A stretch of 51,149 bases of DNA from Chitinophaga pinensis (GTDB lineage Bacteria > Bacteroidota > Bacteroidia > NS11-12g > UBA9320). Shown here one piece after another: positions 1 to 11,325 of the stretch; within the stretch, counting starts at the first letter, position 1; each line of letters begins with the position of its first letter. A program made the translations under genes and the position numbers. A model generated the notes under the pieces. The model had not been told where the DNA came from, made no database searches, and saw only the letters and a program-made list of their open reading frames with translations. The stretch spans positions 1 through 51,149 of the forward strand of contig CAMDXE010000003.1 in NCBI GenBank assembly GCA_945878925.1, read 5' to 3'.

Positions 1-2
1 GG

Positions 3-353
3 CCAACATGCGAATACGGACAAGCGAATGCAAACGCAGTGATTATAAAACAATGGGAAGAAAAAGTATTACCCGAAATAATAAAACGCAATAAGATTTC
101 AAAACACCTCACACTCTACCCCAATCCTGCAATAACATATGTAACTGCAGAATTAGAAACTTCTCAAAAAGGTACAGCTACTGTTAGCATTTATTCGGCC
201 ACCGGAAAATGTATCCGCACTAATTCTACAATTAAGATTCAACTTGGCATTAATAAAATAATAATTCCTACCGCCGATTTGGTTCCAGGCATCTATACCA
301 TTTCCATCGAAACCCGTAATATTAAATGGAATGAAAAGGTGGTGATAGAATGA
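3..353 (+). CDS. 3' end of a T9SS type A sorting domain-containing protein (5' part outside the window)
   Basis: The frame is open back to position 3 (PTCEYGQANANAV...). The C-terminus LYPNPA...IYSATGK...LVPGIYTI...EKVVIE is the Por secretion tail pattern. Confidence 0.85.
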   Translation, partial: PTCEYGQANANAVIIKQWEEKVLPEIIKRNKISKHLTLYPNPAITYVTAELETSQKGTATVSIYSATGKCIRTNSTIKIQLGINKIIIPTADLVPGIYTISIETRNIKWNEKVVIE

Positions 354-688
354 TATAAAATCTGTTCATTCTGACATTATGTTAGAAGAATTTTTGTATT
401 GAGTTATAATTTATTTATTCGTAATATGGATGGTGCCCTTTTATTTTTAGGAGAAGATGTTGTCTTAAATTGTTTAATTTAGTGGCAGCTGTGTAAAAAG
501 ATGGAATGACAAGGAGTTAAAGGTTTTAAGAAACAAGCTTTTATTACGGCTCAATATTTTAGCTACCAACGTAATTAAAAAACATTTGCCTACATTTAAG
601 ATTCGGCAATAAACATCTAAACGCAACAGTGAAAATACATCTATTGGCCATTTCTTAACAAAAGGTAGGCTAAAAGAAATAAAAAGCG

Positions 689-2233
689 CTAAATATCAAA
701 TTTAATGCCTTGTGCCAAGGGCATATCTTTACCATAATTTATGGTATTGGTTTGACGGCGCATATAGGCTTTCCAACTATCGCTTCCACTTTCGCGGCCT
801 CCTCCTGTATCTTTTTCGCCACCAAAAGCGCCGCCAATTTCGGCACCCGAAGTACCTATGTTAACATTGGCAATTCCACAGTCGCTGCCAATGGCGCTTA
901 AAAACAAATGGGCTTCTTGCATGTTGTTGGTAAAAATAGCTGAACTTAAACCCTGTTTAACATCATTTTGCATGGCAATAGCTTCCTCCAAACGTGAGTA
1001 TTTTAGAATATAAGAAATGGGAGCAAAGGTTTCTTCCTGTACTATTTTATAATGATTTTTTGCTTCAATTAAGGTTGGCAATACATAAGTGCCCGATTGA
1101 TAACCCTCACCGCTAAGCACTTTTGCGCCATATAGAACATGGCCTCCTTCATTTTCGGCTTCGGCAATAGCATGTAAATACGCATTTACCGCTTGAACAT
1201 CGATCAATGGCCCCATATGATTTTTTTGATCTAAGGGGTTTCCAATTTTAAGCTGTCGATAGGCATTAATAAGTTTAGCTATAAATTTATCGTAGATGCT
1301 ATCCTGAATAATTATTCTACGAATAGAAGTACAGCGTTGGCCAGCTGTACCTACAGCCCCAAAAATACAGGCTTTCAATGCATTTTCCAGGTTGGCTTCT
1401 TCCGATACGATGAGGGCGTTATTTCCGCCTAATTCGAGGAGGCATTTTCCTAAGCGCCCGCCCACAATTTGCCCAACCCTTTTGCCCATGCGGGTACTTC
1501 CTGTGGCCGATATTAGGGTAATTCTATGGTCTTTGGCTAGTTTTTCTCCCATTCTATGATCTCCAATTATTAAATTAAAAATCCCTTCGGGTAATTTATT
1601 TTCTACCAATACCGATTTTATGATTTGATGAACCGCAATGGCCGATAAGGGTGTTTTTTCGGAGGGTTTCCAAATACAAACATTGCCGCATACAGCCGCC
1701 AACATTGCATTCCAACTCCACACAGCTACCGGAAAATTAAATGAAGAAATGATACCTACCACGCCTAAAGGGTGCCATTGTTCCTGCATGCTGTGATTGG
1801 GCCTTTCGCTAACCATTGTAAGGCCATATAGCTGCCTAGAAAGCCCTACAGCAAAATCGCAAATGTCAATCATTTCCTGAACTTCGCCCCAGCCTTCCTG
1901 CAAACTTTTGCCCATTTCATAGGAAACTAGTCTCCCTAAATCGTCTTTTTGATCGCGCAATTTATTGCCAATTTGCCTTATCAATTCGCCTCGTTTTGGT
2001 GCTGCAACACCACGCCAATGCTCGAAGGCCGATTGAGCTACCTTTGCAACGCGTTCGTATTCGGTAACGGTGGCATAGGTTACAGTGGCAATAGCTTGCC
2101 CATCAACAGGGCTATGAATTTGTTTGGTTTCTGATCCGATGGCTGTAATCCACTGACCTCCAGTGCAAACACTTTCGTTAACGGATTTTATGCCAAGTCG
2201 ATTAAGTAAATTTTGAATTTGGATGTTTGTCAT
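689..2233 (-). CDS. amaB: ALDH7/antiquitin-family aldehyde dehydrogenase (alpha-aminoadipate semialdehyde / piperideine-6-carboxylate dehydrogenase)
   Basis: ALDH7 signatures [43 protein letters not shown] and [12 protein letters not shown]. Start placed at ATG 2233, downstream of the -7 element at 2246-2253. Confidence 0.85.
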   Translation of the reverse strand: MTNIQIQNLLNRLGIKSVNESVCTGGQWITAIGSETKQIHSPVDGQAIATVTYATVTEYERVAKVAQSAFEHWRGVAAPKRGELIRQIGNKLRDQKDDLGRLVSYEMGKSLQEGWGEVQEMIDICDFAVGLSRQLYGLTMVSERPNHSMQEQWHPLGVVGIISSFNFPVAVWSWNAMLAAVCGNVCIWKPSEKTPLSAIAVHQIIKSVLVENKLPEGIFNLIIGDHRMGEKLAKDHRITLISATGSTRMGKRVGQIVGGRLGKCLLELGGNNALIVSEEANLENALKACIFGAVGTAGQRCTSIRRIIIQDSIYDKFIAKLINAYRQLKIGNPLDQKNHMGPLIDVQAVNAYLHAIAEAENEGGHVLYGAKVLSGEGYQSGTYVLPTLIEAKNHYKIVQEETFAPISYILKYSRLEEAIAMQNDVKQGLSSAIFTNNMQEAHLFLSAIGSDCGIANVNIGTSGAEIGGAFGGEKDTGGGRESGSDSWKAYMRRQTNTINYGKDMPLAQGIKFDI

Positions 2234-2245
2234 TTTACTGTAATG

Positions 2246-2253
2246 CAAACTTA
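2246..2253 (-). promoter_or_regulatory. Bacteroidota sigma-A -7 element (TAAGTTTG)
   Basis: Matches TAnnTTTG on the minus strand, 12 nt upstream of ATG 2233. Confidence 0.55.
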
Positions 2254-2520
2254 GCCTTTTTTTAGTACTTTAGCTTCAAAAAAATAGCATTTATGGATAA
2301 GAGTTTTAGGCTTAAAGCGGCCTTTATTAGTGTCGTTCACGAATCGAAAAATCCAATCCAATAAACTTCCCACACCATTAAAAAAAAATTGCAAAAAATA
2401 GGATTATTCAGGTAAGTAAGCATGAGCCGATATCTTTGAATTTGGCCTGTCCGAATATTAAATACCTACAGCAAATCTTAATTTACTATTTTAAACACTA
2501 AATTCGCCTTTTATTTTAAA

Positions 2521-3324
2521 GTGATGGATTTTATTGCAAATACCGATGTTATCATGGCCCTATTGACCCTAACATTTTTAGAAATAATTTTAGGAGTTGA
2601 TAATATTATTTTTATTTCGATTGCCGCCAATAAGGTTGAGCCCAATCAACGAAAACGAGCCGTAAATTATGGATTGTTTCTGGCTATGTTTCTAAGGGTT
2701 GTTTTGTTATTAGGCTTATCCTTTGTTATTGCTGCTCAAAAACCAATTTTAAACATAAGCTGTTGGATTTTTGAAGGTCATTTTTCTTTGCAAAGCATTT
2801 TTCTGATTGTAGGAGGGCTGTTTTTAATTTACAAAAGCACATCCGAAATTCATCATAAAATTGAAGGCGAAGAAAATGATGGCGAGTTGCGCAAAGAAAA
2901 CAAAAGAAAGCTAACGCTATCAAACGCCATAACACAAATTATGCTAATCAACATTGTATTTTCAATCGACTCAATTTTAACCGCAATTGGAATGACCAAC
3001 GGTATTCCTTTTGCCTTGCCAATTATGATCATATCGGTATTGTTATCTATGGTAATAATGATGGCATTTGCCAATACGGTATCCAATTTTGTCAACAAAC
3101 ACCCGACCATTCAAATGCTCGGCTTGTCATTCCTAATCCTTATCGGGTTTATGTTGATATTAGAAGGTGGACATTTAGGACATTTTTCGGTGGCTGGCAA
3201 CAATATTGGAGCTATACCAAAGGGATACCTTTATTTTGCCATAGCTTTTAGTTTTGGAGTTGAACTGCTCAATATGCGCATGCGGCGCAATCCATCCATT
3301 GGCTCTAACCTAAAGTCAGAATAA
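2521..3324 (+). CDS. TerC family integral membrane protein
   Basis: LEIILGVDNIIFISI and NIVFSIDSILTAIG motifs; multiple TM helices. Confidence 0.92.
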   Translation: MMDFIANTDVIMALLTLTFLEIILGVDNIIFISIAANKVEPNQRKRAVNYGLFLAMFLRVVLLLGLSFVIAAQKPILNISCWIFEGHFSLQSIFLIVGGLFLIYKSTSEIHHKIEGEENDGELRKENKRKLTLSNAITQIMLINIVFSIDSILTAIGMTNGIPFALPIMIISVLLSMVIMMAFANTVSNFVNKHPTIQMLGLSFLILIGFMLILEGGHLGHFSVAGNNIGAIPKGYLYFAIAFSFGVELLNMRMRRNPSIGSNLKSE

Positions 3325-3339
3325 TCAAACGTAAAAAAA

Positions 3340-5601
3340 ATGAGCGATACACGATATACCGATGCGCTGAGTTACCATGCCGATGGCCGACCGGGCAAAA
3401 TAGAAGTTATACCTACCAAGCCTACCCAAACCCAACGCGACCTTAGTTTAGCATACTCGCCTGGAGTAGCTGAGCCCTGTTTGCGAATTGCCGAAAATCC
3501 AGAAGAGGTTTATAAATATACAGCCAAGGGCAATTTGGTAGCTGTAATTACAAATGGAACTGCCGTATTGGGCTTAGGCGATATTGGTCCCGAAGCTTCA
3601 AAACCTGTTATGGAGGGGAAGGGCCTTTTGTTTAAAATTTTTGCCGACATCGATGTATTTGATATTGAATTAAACTGTAAAACAGTGGATGAATTTGTGG
3701 CCACCGTTAAGGCTATGGAACCAACTTTTGGAGGCATCAATTTAGAAGATATCAAAGCGCCCGAATGTTTTGAAATTGAGCAGCGCTTAAAAAAGGAATT
3801 AAAAATTCCAATTATGCACGACGATCAGCATGGTACTGCCATAATATCGGGTGCAGCTTTGCTCAATGCCACCGAAATAGCTGGGAAAAAATTAAATAAA
3901 ATAAAGCTGGTTATCAACGGTGCTGGAGCTTCGGCCATATCATGCGGCAAATTATTTGTGTCGTTGGGAGTGGATGTTAAGAATATTGTAATGCACGATA
4001 GTAAAGGCGTTATTAATACCGAGCGAGACGATTTAGATGCCAATAAAACTTTTTTTGCAACCTCTCGCAAATTAACAAGCTTGGAGCAATCTATGAAAGA
4101 TGCCGATGTTTTTGTAGGCCTATCAAAAAGCAATATTTTAACACAAGCGATGATCAAATCGATGGCCAAAAATCCTATCGTATTTGCTATGGCCAATCCC
4201 GATCCCGAAATTGATTATAATCTTGCCATAGCTACCCGTAAAGATTTGATAATGGCCACTGGCCGAAGCGATTATCCCAATCAGGTCAACAACGTTTTAG
4301 GATTTCCATTCATTTTTAGAGGCGCTTTAGATGTAAGGGCTACGTGCATAAACGAGGAAATGAAATTGGCTGCCGTAAAAGCCATAGCCCAATTGGCTCA
4401 CGAGCCAGTTTTGGAAATGGTAAATGTGGCGTATAACGAACGCAACATGAGTTTCGGAAGAAATTATATTATTCCAAAACCCATAGATCCAAGGTTGATT
4501 TATACAGTAGCACCTGCGGTGGCTAAAGCTGCCATACAAAGTGGGGTAGCCAAACAACCAATTACCGATTGGCAAGCCTACGAAGTGGATTTAAAAAGAA
4601 GGCTGGGTATTGATGATAAATTTTTATCACGAATAGCCATTCAAGCACGCAAATCGCCAAAGAGAGTGGTGTTTACCGAGGCCGACAATTATAAAATATT
4701 AAAGGCCGCCCATATCGCCATCGAAGACGGCACGGCCATTCCAATATTATTAGGACAGCGCAAAAGGATTAACCAATTGATAGAAGAAAATGGATTAATT
4801 TTTGACAATATTCAAATAATTGATCCAGCCGAAGAACACGATACTCGAAAAACCTACGGCGAAAAATTATATGAAATGCGGCAGCGAAAAGGCATGAGTC
4901 TTTTCGATTGCAAAAAAGTGATGGTGCATCGCAATTACTATGGATCGATGATGGTTCATTGCGGCGATGCTGATGCGGTTATTTCGGGACTCACAAAAAA
5001 TTACCCAAGCACCATTCGTCCTGCATTGCAAGTAATGGGCACCAACCATATTAGTAAGGTAGTGGCAGGTATGTATATTATGTTGTCGAAACTTGGGCCA
5101 TTATTTTTTGCCGATACCACGGTAAATATCAATCCTACTTGGGAAGATTTGGTAAGCATAGCCCTGTTAACACATGATAAGGTGAAAAAACTGCAAGTAA
5201 ACCCCGTTATTGCTATGCTATCGTATTCGAACTTTGGTTCGTCGGATGGCGAGGAAGTGGATAAAGTTAAAAAAGCGGTAGCCTTTCTACACCTTCATCA
5301 CCCTCACATATGTGTTGATGGCGATATTCAGGCCAATTATGCCATCAATACCCTAAAACGGAATGAAATATTTCCGTTCAGTAAATTAGAAAATAAACAG
5401 GTGAATACCTTCATATTTCCTAACCTTTCGTCGGGAAATATAAGTTATAAATTGATGCAGGAATTAGGAGGATTTGAAGCCATAGGCCCGGTATTAATGG
5501 GCTTAAATAAATCTGTTCATATCTTGCAGTTGGGCAGTTCGGTACGTGAAATTGTGAACATGGTAAATATTGCGGTGGTTGATGCCCACGGCAATACCTA
5601 A
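3340..5601 (+). CDS. maeB: NADP-dependent malic enzyme with C-terminal phosphotransacetylase-like domain
   Basis: [41 protein letters not shown] and [13 protein letters not shown], followed by a PTA-like domain; 753 aa. Confidence 0.95.
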   Translation: MSDTRYTDALSYHADGRPGKIEVIPTKPTQTQRDLSLAYSPGVAEPCLRIAENPEEVYKYTAKGNLVAVITNGTAVLGLGDIGPEASKPVMEGKGLLFKIFADIDVFDIELNCKTVDEFVATVKAMEPTFGGINLEDIKAPECFEIEQRLKKELKIPIMHDDQHGTAIISGAALLNATEIAGKKLNKIKLVINGAGASAISCGKLFVSLGVDVKNIVMHDSKGVINTERDDLDANKTFFATSRKLTSLEQSMKDADVFVGLSKSNILTQAMIKSMAKNPIVFAMANPDPEIDYNLAIATRKDLIMATGRSDYPNQVNNVLGFPFIFRGALDVRATCINEEMKLAAVKAIAQLAHEPVLEMVNVAYNERNMSFGRNYIIPKPIDPRLIYTVAPAVAKAAIQSGVAKQPITDWQAYEVDLKRRLGIDDKFLSRIAIQARKSPKRVVFTEADNYKILKAAHIAIEDGTAIPILLGQRKRINQLIEENGLIFDNIQIIDPAEEHDTRKTYGEKLYEMRQRKGMSLFDCKKVMVHRNYYGSMMVHCGDADAVISGLTKNYPSTIRPALQVMGTNHISKVVAGMYIMLSKLGPLFFADTTVNINPTWEDLVSIALLTHDKVKKLQVNPVIAMLSYSNFGSSDGEEVDKVKKAVAFLHLHHPHICVDGDIQANYAINTLKRNEIFPFSKLENKQVNTFIFPNLSSGNISYKLMQELGGFEAIGPVLMGLNKSVHILQLGSSVREIVNMVNIAVVDAHGNT

Positions 5602-5623
5602 ATAACAAATAAAAATAACCTCT

Positions 5624-6595
5624 ATGCCCACCCAGCTTTTTGATAGAATTGTTTTAGGCGACAGGCTAGCTCTTGCCAAAGCAATTACCTTGGTCGAAAG
5701 TCAAAATATAGAACACCAACAGGAGGCTAATAAATTGGTGTCGGAGGCCTTGAAACTTAATAAAGCCGCTTTGCGAATCGGAATTACCGGCGCACCTGGC
5801 GTAGGGAAAAGTACATTTATAAATAATTTTGGATCGTGGTTGGTAAATGAAAAACAGAGGAGGGTATGTGTTTTGGCTATAGATCCAAGTAGTCAAAAAA
5901 ATCACGGAAGCATACTTGGCGACAAAACGCGAATGGAAACCTTATCCATGCTCGAAGATGTATTTATAAGGCCTTCGCCAACAAGTGGTACTTTGGGCGG
6001 CGTTGCCCGCAAAACCCGTGAAACCATTTTGTTATGTGAAGCCGCTGGCTACGATACCATCTTAATCGAAACCGTGGGCGTTGGGCAAAGCGAATATTTA
6101 GCCGATAGCCTTGTTGATTGCTTATTACTTTTATTGTTGCCAAATGCAGGCGACGATTTGCAAGCCATAAAAAGAGGAATAATGGAATTGGCCGACCTGA
6201 TTGTTCTAACCAAATCTGATGTTACCGAACCTGCTATATACAATCAAGCTATTTCGGATGTGGCCAATGCCCTAAACTTTATTCCCAATAAATTTGAAGG
6301 CTGGACCCCTAAGGTTTCAAATTATTCAATGCACAATAAAGAGGATGTAGCTGAAATTTGGAAAGGGCTTGAGAAATTTATTGGCCATCAAAAATCAAAA
6401 GGGCATTTTGAAACCAAGCGAAAAGCACAAAAAATCGAATGGCTTAACGAAGCGATTAAAGGCAAATTAGAATCCAGTTTTTTTGAGGATGCTGACCATA
6501 AAAACGCCCTTAAAAACGCATTGAGTGAATTGGAAAATGGGGCTAAAAGTTTGGAAGATATAGCCGCAAAGCTTATTGACGATTGGAGGAAATAA
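5624..6595 (+). CDS. meaB: Methylmalonyl-CoA mutase-associated GTPase MeaB
   Basis: GITGAPGVGKST, AIDPSS, GSILGDKTRM, ETVGVGQSE and GDDLQAIKRGIME. Confidence 0.93.
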   Translation: MPTQLFDRIVLGDRLALAKAITLVESQNIEHQQEANKLVSEALKLNKAALRIGITGAPGVGKSTFINNFGSWLVNEKQRRVCVLAIDPSSQKNHGSILGDKTRMETLSMLEDVFIRPSPTSGTLGGVARKTRETILLCEAAGYDTILIETVGVGQSEYLADSLVDCLLLLLLPNAGDDLQAIKRGIMELADLIVLTKSDVTEPAIYNQAISDVANALNFIPNKFEGWTPKVSNYSMHNKEDVAEIWKGLEKFIGHQKSKGHFETKRKAQKIEWLNEAIKGKLESSFFEDADHKNALKNALSELENGAKSLEDIAAKLIDDWRK

Positions 6596-6693
6596 TGGCC
6601 TTATGTAGGGTTGAGTTGCACTACTGCAAATTGTATCAACTTAAAGAATAGAACCAGCGAATTTATTTAAACTTCAAATTTCAACCCTTGGTT

Positions 6694-8130
6694 TTATAAT
6701 TTCACGCACACATTTTTTTGTTCGGTAAAAAAATTCATGGCGTGCAAACCCCCCTCACGGCCTACGCCGCTTTGTTTCATTCCCCCAAATGGAGTTCTTA
6801 AATCGCGAAGCAACCAACAATTAATCCAAACAATTCCGCAGCTTAGCTCCGATGCCAGAACGTGAGCTCGTTGAAGATTATTGGTCCAAATACTTGATGC
6901 CAATCCATAAGGTGTTCCGTTGGCTAGGTCTAGGGCCTCTTCATCCGAATCGAAGGGAGTTAGAGTAACCACTGGTCCAAAAATTTCTTCCTGATTGCAT
7001 CGCGAACTTTGGCTTAAATTTTCGATTACGGTGGGTGCAATATACCAACCATTCTCAAATCCTTTTGGTTTTAAGGCTTCGCCTCCAAAAAGTATTTTAC
7101 CACCCTCTTGTTTTGCGATTTCAATATAATTAAGAATTTTTTCGAAATGCTGCTCGCTTACTATGGCTCCCATTTGTGTTTCGTCCAGCAATGGGTTTCC
7201 CACGGTGTAATGGTTTAATTTTTCAAGTAAAAATGCCTTAAATTTCTCATAAATCGGGCGTTCGATAAGTATACGTGAACCACAAAGGCAAATTTCGCCT
7301 TGATTCAAAAAGCTTGACCTTAGGGTTTCGGTAGCGGCTTTTTCAAAATCGCAGTCAGCAAATATTAAGTTTGGGTTTTTGCCCCCTAATTCGAGCGATA
7401 GTTTTTTAAATTGCGGAGCAGCAACCGAGGCTATGTGTTTTCCAGTATTGGTTCCACCGGTAAAAGAAATGGCTTTTATTTCGGGATGCGAAACCAAGTC
7501 GTTTCCAACCTTATGCCCCAAGCCATGCACGATGTTTAGAACCCCCTTTGGCAATCCCGCTTCATTGCATATTTCACCTAACAAATAGGCCGTCATAGGA
7601 GTAATTTCACTGGGTTTGGCAATTACACAATTGCCTGTTGCCAAGGCTGGCGCTATTTTCCAACTCAACAAGTAAAGCGGCAAATTCCATGGGCTAATAC
7701 ATCCAACCACTCCAATTGGGGTTTTTAAAGTGTAATTAATGGCATGGCCATCCATTACATTGCAATCGCTATTAAATTGAATGGCAGCGCTTGCAAAAAA
7801 TCGAAAATTTTGAGCCGACCGGGTTATCTCGGTTCTAGCCAACCATAAAGGTTTGCCCTGATCTATGGACTCGGCAATTGCCAATTCCTCGTTTTTATTA
7901 TCTATGATTTCAGCGATGCGATTCAAGATTTTGAACCGTTTTTCGGAGCTCGTTTTACGCCACAAATAAAAGGCCTCGTTTGCGGCAAGATAAGCCAACT
8001 CAATATCACGCGCATCCGAATCGGGAAGCTGAGCGTAAATTTGGCCAGTGGCAGGATTATAATTGGGTAAATATTCGCCGCTTTGCGCAGCTACATAAGC
8101 CCCATTTATAAAGTTTTGTATGATTTTCAT
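6694..8130 (-). CDS. 2-aminomuconate/2-hydroxymuconate semialdehyde dehydrogenase (ALDH8/HMSDH family)
   Basis: ISPWNLP, ELGGKNP, NQGEICLC, EEIFGPV and NCWLLRDLRTPFGG; nbaC, nbaD and kynU are nearby. Likely start ATG 8130. Confidence 0.85.
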   Translation of the reverse strand: MKIIQNFINGAYVAAQSGEYLPNYNPATGQIYAQLPDSDARDIELAYLAANEAFYLWRKTSSEKRFKILNRIAEIIDNKNEELAIAESIDQGKPLWLARTEITRSAQNFRFFASAAIQFNSDCNVMDGHAINYTLKTPIGVVGCISPWNLPLYLLSWKIAPALATGNCVIAKPSEITPMTAYLLGEICNEAGLPKGVLNIVHGLGHKVGNDLVSHPEIKAISFTGGTNTGKHIASVAAPQFKKLSLELGGKNPNLIFADCDFEKAATETLRSSFLNQGEICLCGSRILIERPIYEKFKAFLLEKLNHYTVGNPLLDETQMGAIVSEQHFEKILNYIEIAKQEGGKILFGGEALKPKGFENGWYIAPTVIENLSQSSRCNQEEIFGPVVTLTPFDSDEEALDLANGTPYGLASSIWTNNLQRAHVLASELSCGIVWINCWLLRDLRTPFGGMKQSGVGREGGLHAMNFFTEQKNVCVKL

Positions 8131-8223
8131 TTTTATAAAATTCAAAGTAAACCTAAATTTTTAGAATTTTTCTTTTTGTTATTCAGTTTATTCGAATATC
8201 ATTGCCAACAAATATTTATAGTT

Positions 8224-8913
8224 CTGAACACCAAAATTAACATAGCTATTGATGGCAACTCGAGTTGCGGTAAGGGTACTTTAGCCAAGAATTTGGCAAA
8301 ATCGTTGGGCTATCTTTTTGTTGATAGTGGCGCAATGTATAGGGCAGTATCGCTTTATTTGATTCGTCAGAATATTGATTTAAACCATCTAAACAAAAAT
8401 CCTCAGAGGCTTCAAGAAATCGACATCTCATTTCATTATTCCTTGAACAATGATTTTTTTGAAACGTATTTGAATGGCGAACGAGTTGATAGCGAACTTC
8501 AAACTTCGAGGGTAGCCAATTTTGTAGGACAAGTGAGCCAATTAAGTGTGGTACGAGATTTTATAAAATTACAGCAGCAAAAACTGGCCCTCCAAAAAGG
8601 GGTAGTTATGGATGGCCGCGACATTGGTACAAAGGTTATTCCCGACGCAGAGTTAAAAATATTTATGACTGCCGATCCTTTGATTCGCGCAAAAAGGCGG
8701 TTTAATGAAATATTGGAAAAACAAATTCAAATTTCATTTGATGAGGTGGTAGAACACATAAAGCGTCAAGATGAGATTGATAACAGTTTGAATGGGAGTG
8801 CTCTGATAAAAGCCGACGATGCCATTATTTTGGATAGTACAAATATGAGCAAAGCCGAGCAAACAAGGGTTGCCCTCTCGTGGGCCAAAGGCGTAATTGC
8901 CGTGCAATATTAA
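8224..8913 (+). CDS. cmk: Cytidylate kinase family protein (divergent NMP-binding site)
   Basis: IAIDG..SCGKGT P-loop, DSGAMYR, DGRDIGT and LKIFMTA. Homology begins near CTG 8224; the upstream extension overlaps the divergent gene and is not CMK-like. Confidence 0.8.
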   Translation: MNTKINIAIDGNSSCGKGTLAKNLAKSLGYLFVDSGAMYRAVSLYLIRQNIDLNHLNKNPQRLQEIDISFHYSLNNDFFETYLNGERVDSELQTSRVANFVGQVSQLSVVRDFIKLQQQKLALQKGVVMDGRDIGTKVIPDAELKIFMTADPLIRAKRRFNEILEKQIQISFDEVVEHIKRQDEIDNSLNGSALIKADDAIILDSTNMSKAEQTRVALSWAKGVIAVQY

Positions 8914-8965
8914 AGTTCAGGGATACAGATTTCTATAGACCACTTAATTCTGAATGAGAGGTTGA

Positions 8966-9328
8966 CTAGGACTTGAAATGACGTTTGGTAATTATTTTTT
9001 GAAATAGCCGGCTTAAAATTAATTCGGACAATTGATGATAATAAAAGTCGCCTGATGGTATAGTATTCATTTTTGCTTGCGAAATATCGACCCTAAATAT
9101 TATATGCATAAATCGTATATGGCTTTTTGAAGCCAAATTCCGAATATAAAACGCCAAATCTTTACGCATCGTTTCCAAAAAAATTGGATCTTCGGCATCT
9201 AAAGGTATATGCGAATAATCAAATCCTGTATCCTTGGCCAATTGATTTACAATGCCTTCTAAGATCTCTTGTTTGTCGACAAAAGATGCCAATCCATTGA
9301 AAACATCAAGATTTTTATCCTGTTCCAA
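8966..9328 (-). CDS. Hypothetical protein (small, helical)
   Basis: 120-aa ORF with TTG start filling the gap between cmk and tag; QLAKD...IIFRVDISQ...ILSRLFQKII pattern. Confidence 0.7.
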   Translation of the reverse strand: MEQDKNLDVFNGLASFVDKQEILEGIVNQLAKDTGFDYSHIPLDAEDPIFLETMRKDLAFYIRNLASKSHIRFMHIIFRVDISQAKMNTIPSGDFYYHQLSELILSRLFQKIITKRHFKS

Positions 9329-9435
9329 AATGATTTCAAAAGTATCAAAAATGATTCAGACCTTACTAAAATAAATAGATTAAAAAGCGGTCTATAAATT
9401 GATGGATTAGAATGCATAAGTCAAGCAAATCGGTA

Positions 9436-9443
9436 TAACTTTG
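9436..9443 (+). promoter_or_regulatory. -7 element (TAACTTTG) of tag
   Basis: Matches TAnnTTTG, ending 4 nt before ATG 9448. Confidence 0.55.
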
Positions 9444-9447
9444 TTGA

Positions 9448-10011
9448 ATGCAGATAGTAGTTAGATGTCCTTGGTGCGAAAAAGATGATTTGTATAAAAA
9501 TTATCACGATACCGAGTGGGGCATACCATCTTATAACGATCACCATCTTTTTGAACACTTAATTTTAGAAACCTTTCAGGCCGGCTTGAGTTGGCATACT
9601 ATTTTAGTCAAAAGAGAAAATTTCAGAAAAGCGTTTAATAATTTTGATGCCTTAGCTATTTCGAAGTTTGGAGCTAAAAAAATTAGTGAATTAATGCAGG
9701 ATACTTCAATAATTAGAAGCATGGGCAAGATAAATGCAGCCATTAATAATGCTAAACTTTATTTAGAATGCGTCGTAGAATTTGGGAGTTTTTCAAATTA
9801 TATCTGGCAATTTACCGGGCACAAAGTCCTCAATAATTCTAGGAATAATTTAAAAGATTTGCCAGCTACATCAGCGCAAAGCGACGCCATGAGTAAGGAT
9901 ATGAAACGAAGAGGGTTTAAATATATAGGAAGTATTACCTGCTATGCCTATATGCAATCTGTTGGCATGGTAAACGATCATTTAAATTCATGTTTTAAAA
10001 AACAGGTATAA
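9448..10011 (+). CDS. tag: DNA-3-methyladenine glycosylase I
   Basis: RCPW, YHDTEWG, ETFQAGLSW, ILVKRENFR and MQSVGMVNDHLNSC. Confidence 0.95.
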   Translation: MQIVVRCPWCEKDDLYKNYHDTEWGIPSYNDHHLFEHLILETFQAGLSWHTILVKRENFRKAFNNFDALAISKFGAKKISELMQDTSIIRSMGKINAAINNAKLYLECVVEFGSFSNYIWQFTGHKVLNNSRNNLKDLPATSAQSDAMSKDMKRRGFKYIGSITCYAYMQSVGMVNDHLNSCFKKQV

Positions 10012-10077
10012 TCTATTTTCATAACACGCGTTAAAGTATAATTGAGTTAGAGGGGTGCAAAACGCAGCAAAAAATTT

Positions 10078-10761
10078 ATGAGAAAAACGGGTATTGGACT
10101 ATTTTTATTATTTTTTTGTATAGCATCCATCAATGCTCAAAACTTTATACTAAAAGCAACTCTTTACGAATCGGACAGTTTTACAAAAATTCCATTCGCG
10201 GTAGTGAGCCTTAAAAATAAGTTTACAGCCACCACTTCCGACGAAACGGGTTATTTCGAATTAACGTGTAACAAGTGGGACACACTGATTGTTGGGCATG
10301 TTGGCTATCAAAAAATGTTTATTCCTGCGCATACGCTCTACGACTCTATAAACGGCAAGAAAAAAATATATTTGAAGCGCAAAAGTATCGAATTGATTCC
10401 TGTTACCATTAGTGGCAAGCGGCTGAGCGATGATAAATTGCAAGAATTCAATCGCCATTTGAACAGAAGTGTCCCTACCATTTCGAGTCCTATAAGTTTA
10501 ATCTACGAAAAATTTAGTCGCAATGGGCAGGAACGAACCAAAATGGATGCCATTTATTCGGAACTCATCTTGCGCGACCAGGTAGAAAAAAGACTTCCGC
10601 CCCGCAAATTGTTTTTAATTACTAATGATATGTCGGTGAAGTTGGACGATTTGCTCATCTTGTGTCCAGTGAGCAGTTATTTTGTTTTACAGGCTTCCGA
10701 TTATGATTTTTACTATTACTTCAGCCAGTGTTGGACAGCCTTTAAGCGCCATTCAAAATAA
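10078..10761 (+). CDS. Secreted carboxypeptidase-regulatory-like (CarbopepD_reg_2) domain protein
   Basis: Signal peptide, then IPFAVV...TTSDETGYFEL...LIVGHVGY...IELIPVTI. Confidence 0.75.
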   Translation: MRKTGIGLFLLFFCIASINAQNFILKATLYESDSFTKIPFAVVSLKNKFTATTSDETGYFELTCNKWDTLIVGHVGYQKMFIPAHTLYDSINGKKKIYLKRKSIELIPVTISGKRLSDDKLQEFNRHLNRSVPTISSPISLIYEKFSRNGQERTKMDAIYSELILRDQVEKRLPPRKLFLITNDMSVKLDDLLILCPVSSYFVLQASDYDFYYYFSQCWTAFKRHSK

Positions 10762-10762
10762 G

Positions 10763-11323
10763 CTATTGCCATTTTTTGGCTAGGTTTAGGTTATAGTTGA
10801 TGAAGTCGTTTAATCCGGCATCAAATTCACTATTTCCAAGCGAGTTTCCTTGTTCATCCAATACGTCGGCAATAAACCGAGCCTCAAATTTTTTGGGACT
10901 AGTAATTGAATTCAGGTTAAATACATTCAGTATTTTATCAAATAAATTGCCAAGTTGTAGAGTTGGTATGCGCCCACCTGTGCCGCTCGAAACCCCACAA
11001 AAGGCAAAAACTTTATTATTAAATAATTGGATATGCGTGCGGTTTGATAATTGGTGAACCATATTGATAAGCTCTGCCGATGGAAACCAATTGTATTCGG
11101 GCGTCAACACAAAGATGATCTTAGCTTCGTCGAAGGCTTTGAGCAATTGGGCTTGAAAAGCAGTGGGGTTCGCTTTGTCAACGCCTCCTTGATTAGGAAA
11201 AGGGATATCGTAAGCCTTAAAATCGATGACTTGGGAATTGGGAATTTGATGGGATATAGCAAGCGCCAAGCGCATGGTGTTATTATCGGGTCTTGATGAA
11301 CCTGAAAGAATGGTTATTTTCAC
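10763..11323 (-). CDS. NAD(P)H-dependent FMN reductase family protein
   Basis: ILSGSSR, TPEYN and GVSSGTGG motifs; GTG start. Confidence 0.85.
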   Translation of the reverse strand: MKITILSGSSRPDNNTMRLALAISHQIPNSQVIDFKAYDIPFPNQGGVDKANPTAFQAQLLKAFDEAKIIFVLTPEYNWFPSAELINMVHQLSNRTHIQLFNNKVFAFCGVSSGTGGRIPTLQLGNLFDKILNVFNLNSITSPKKFEARFIADVLDEQGNSLGNSEFDAGLNDFINYNLNLAKKWQ

Positions 11324-11325
11324 GG

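Noticed and set aside
354-688. Intergenic gap with a small hairpin (TTCTGACAT/ATGTTAGAA)
   Set aside because: At most a weak terminator; no ORF or RNA family recognisable.
2254-2520. Possible yybP-ykoY riboswitch or 23-aa leader ORF upstream of the TerC gene
   Set aside because: No recognisable riboswitch core; the short ORF and the A9 run have no supporting features.
8083-8223. N-terminal hydrophobic extension of cmk in the ORF track
   Set aside because: It overlaps the divergent gene and its promoter region; likely a longest-ORF artefact.
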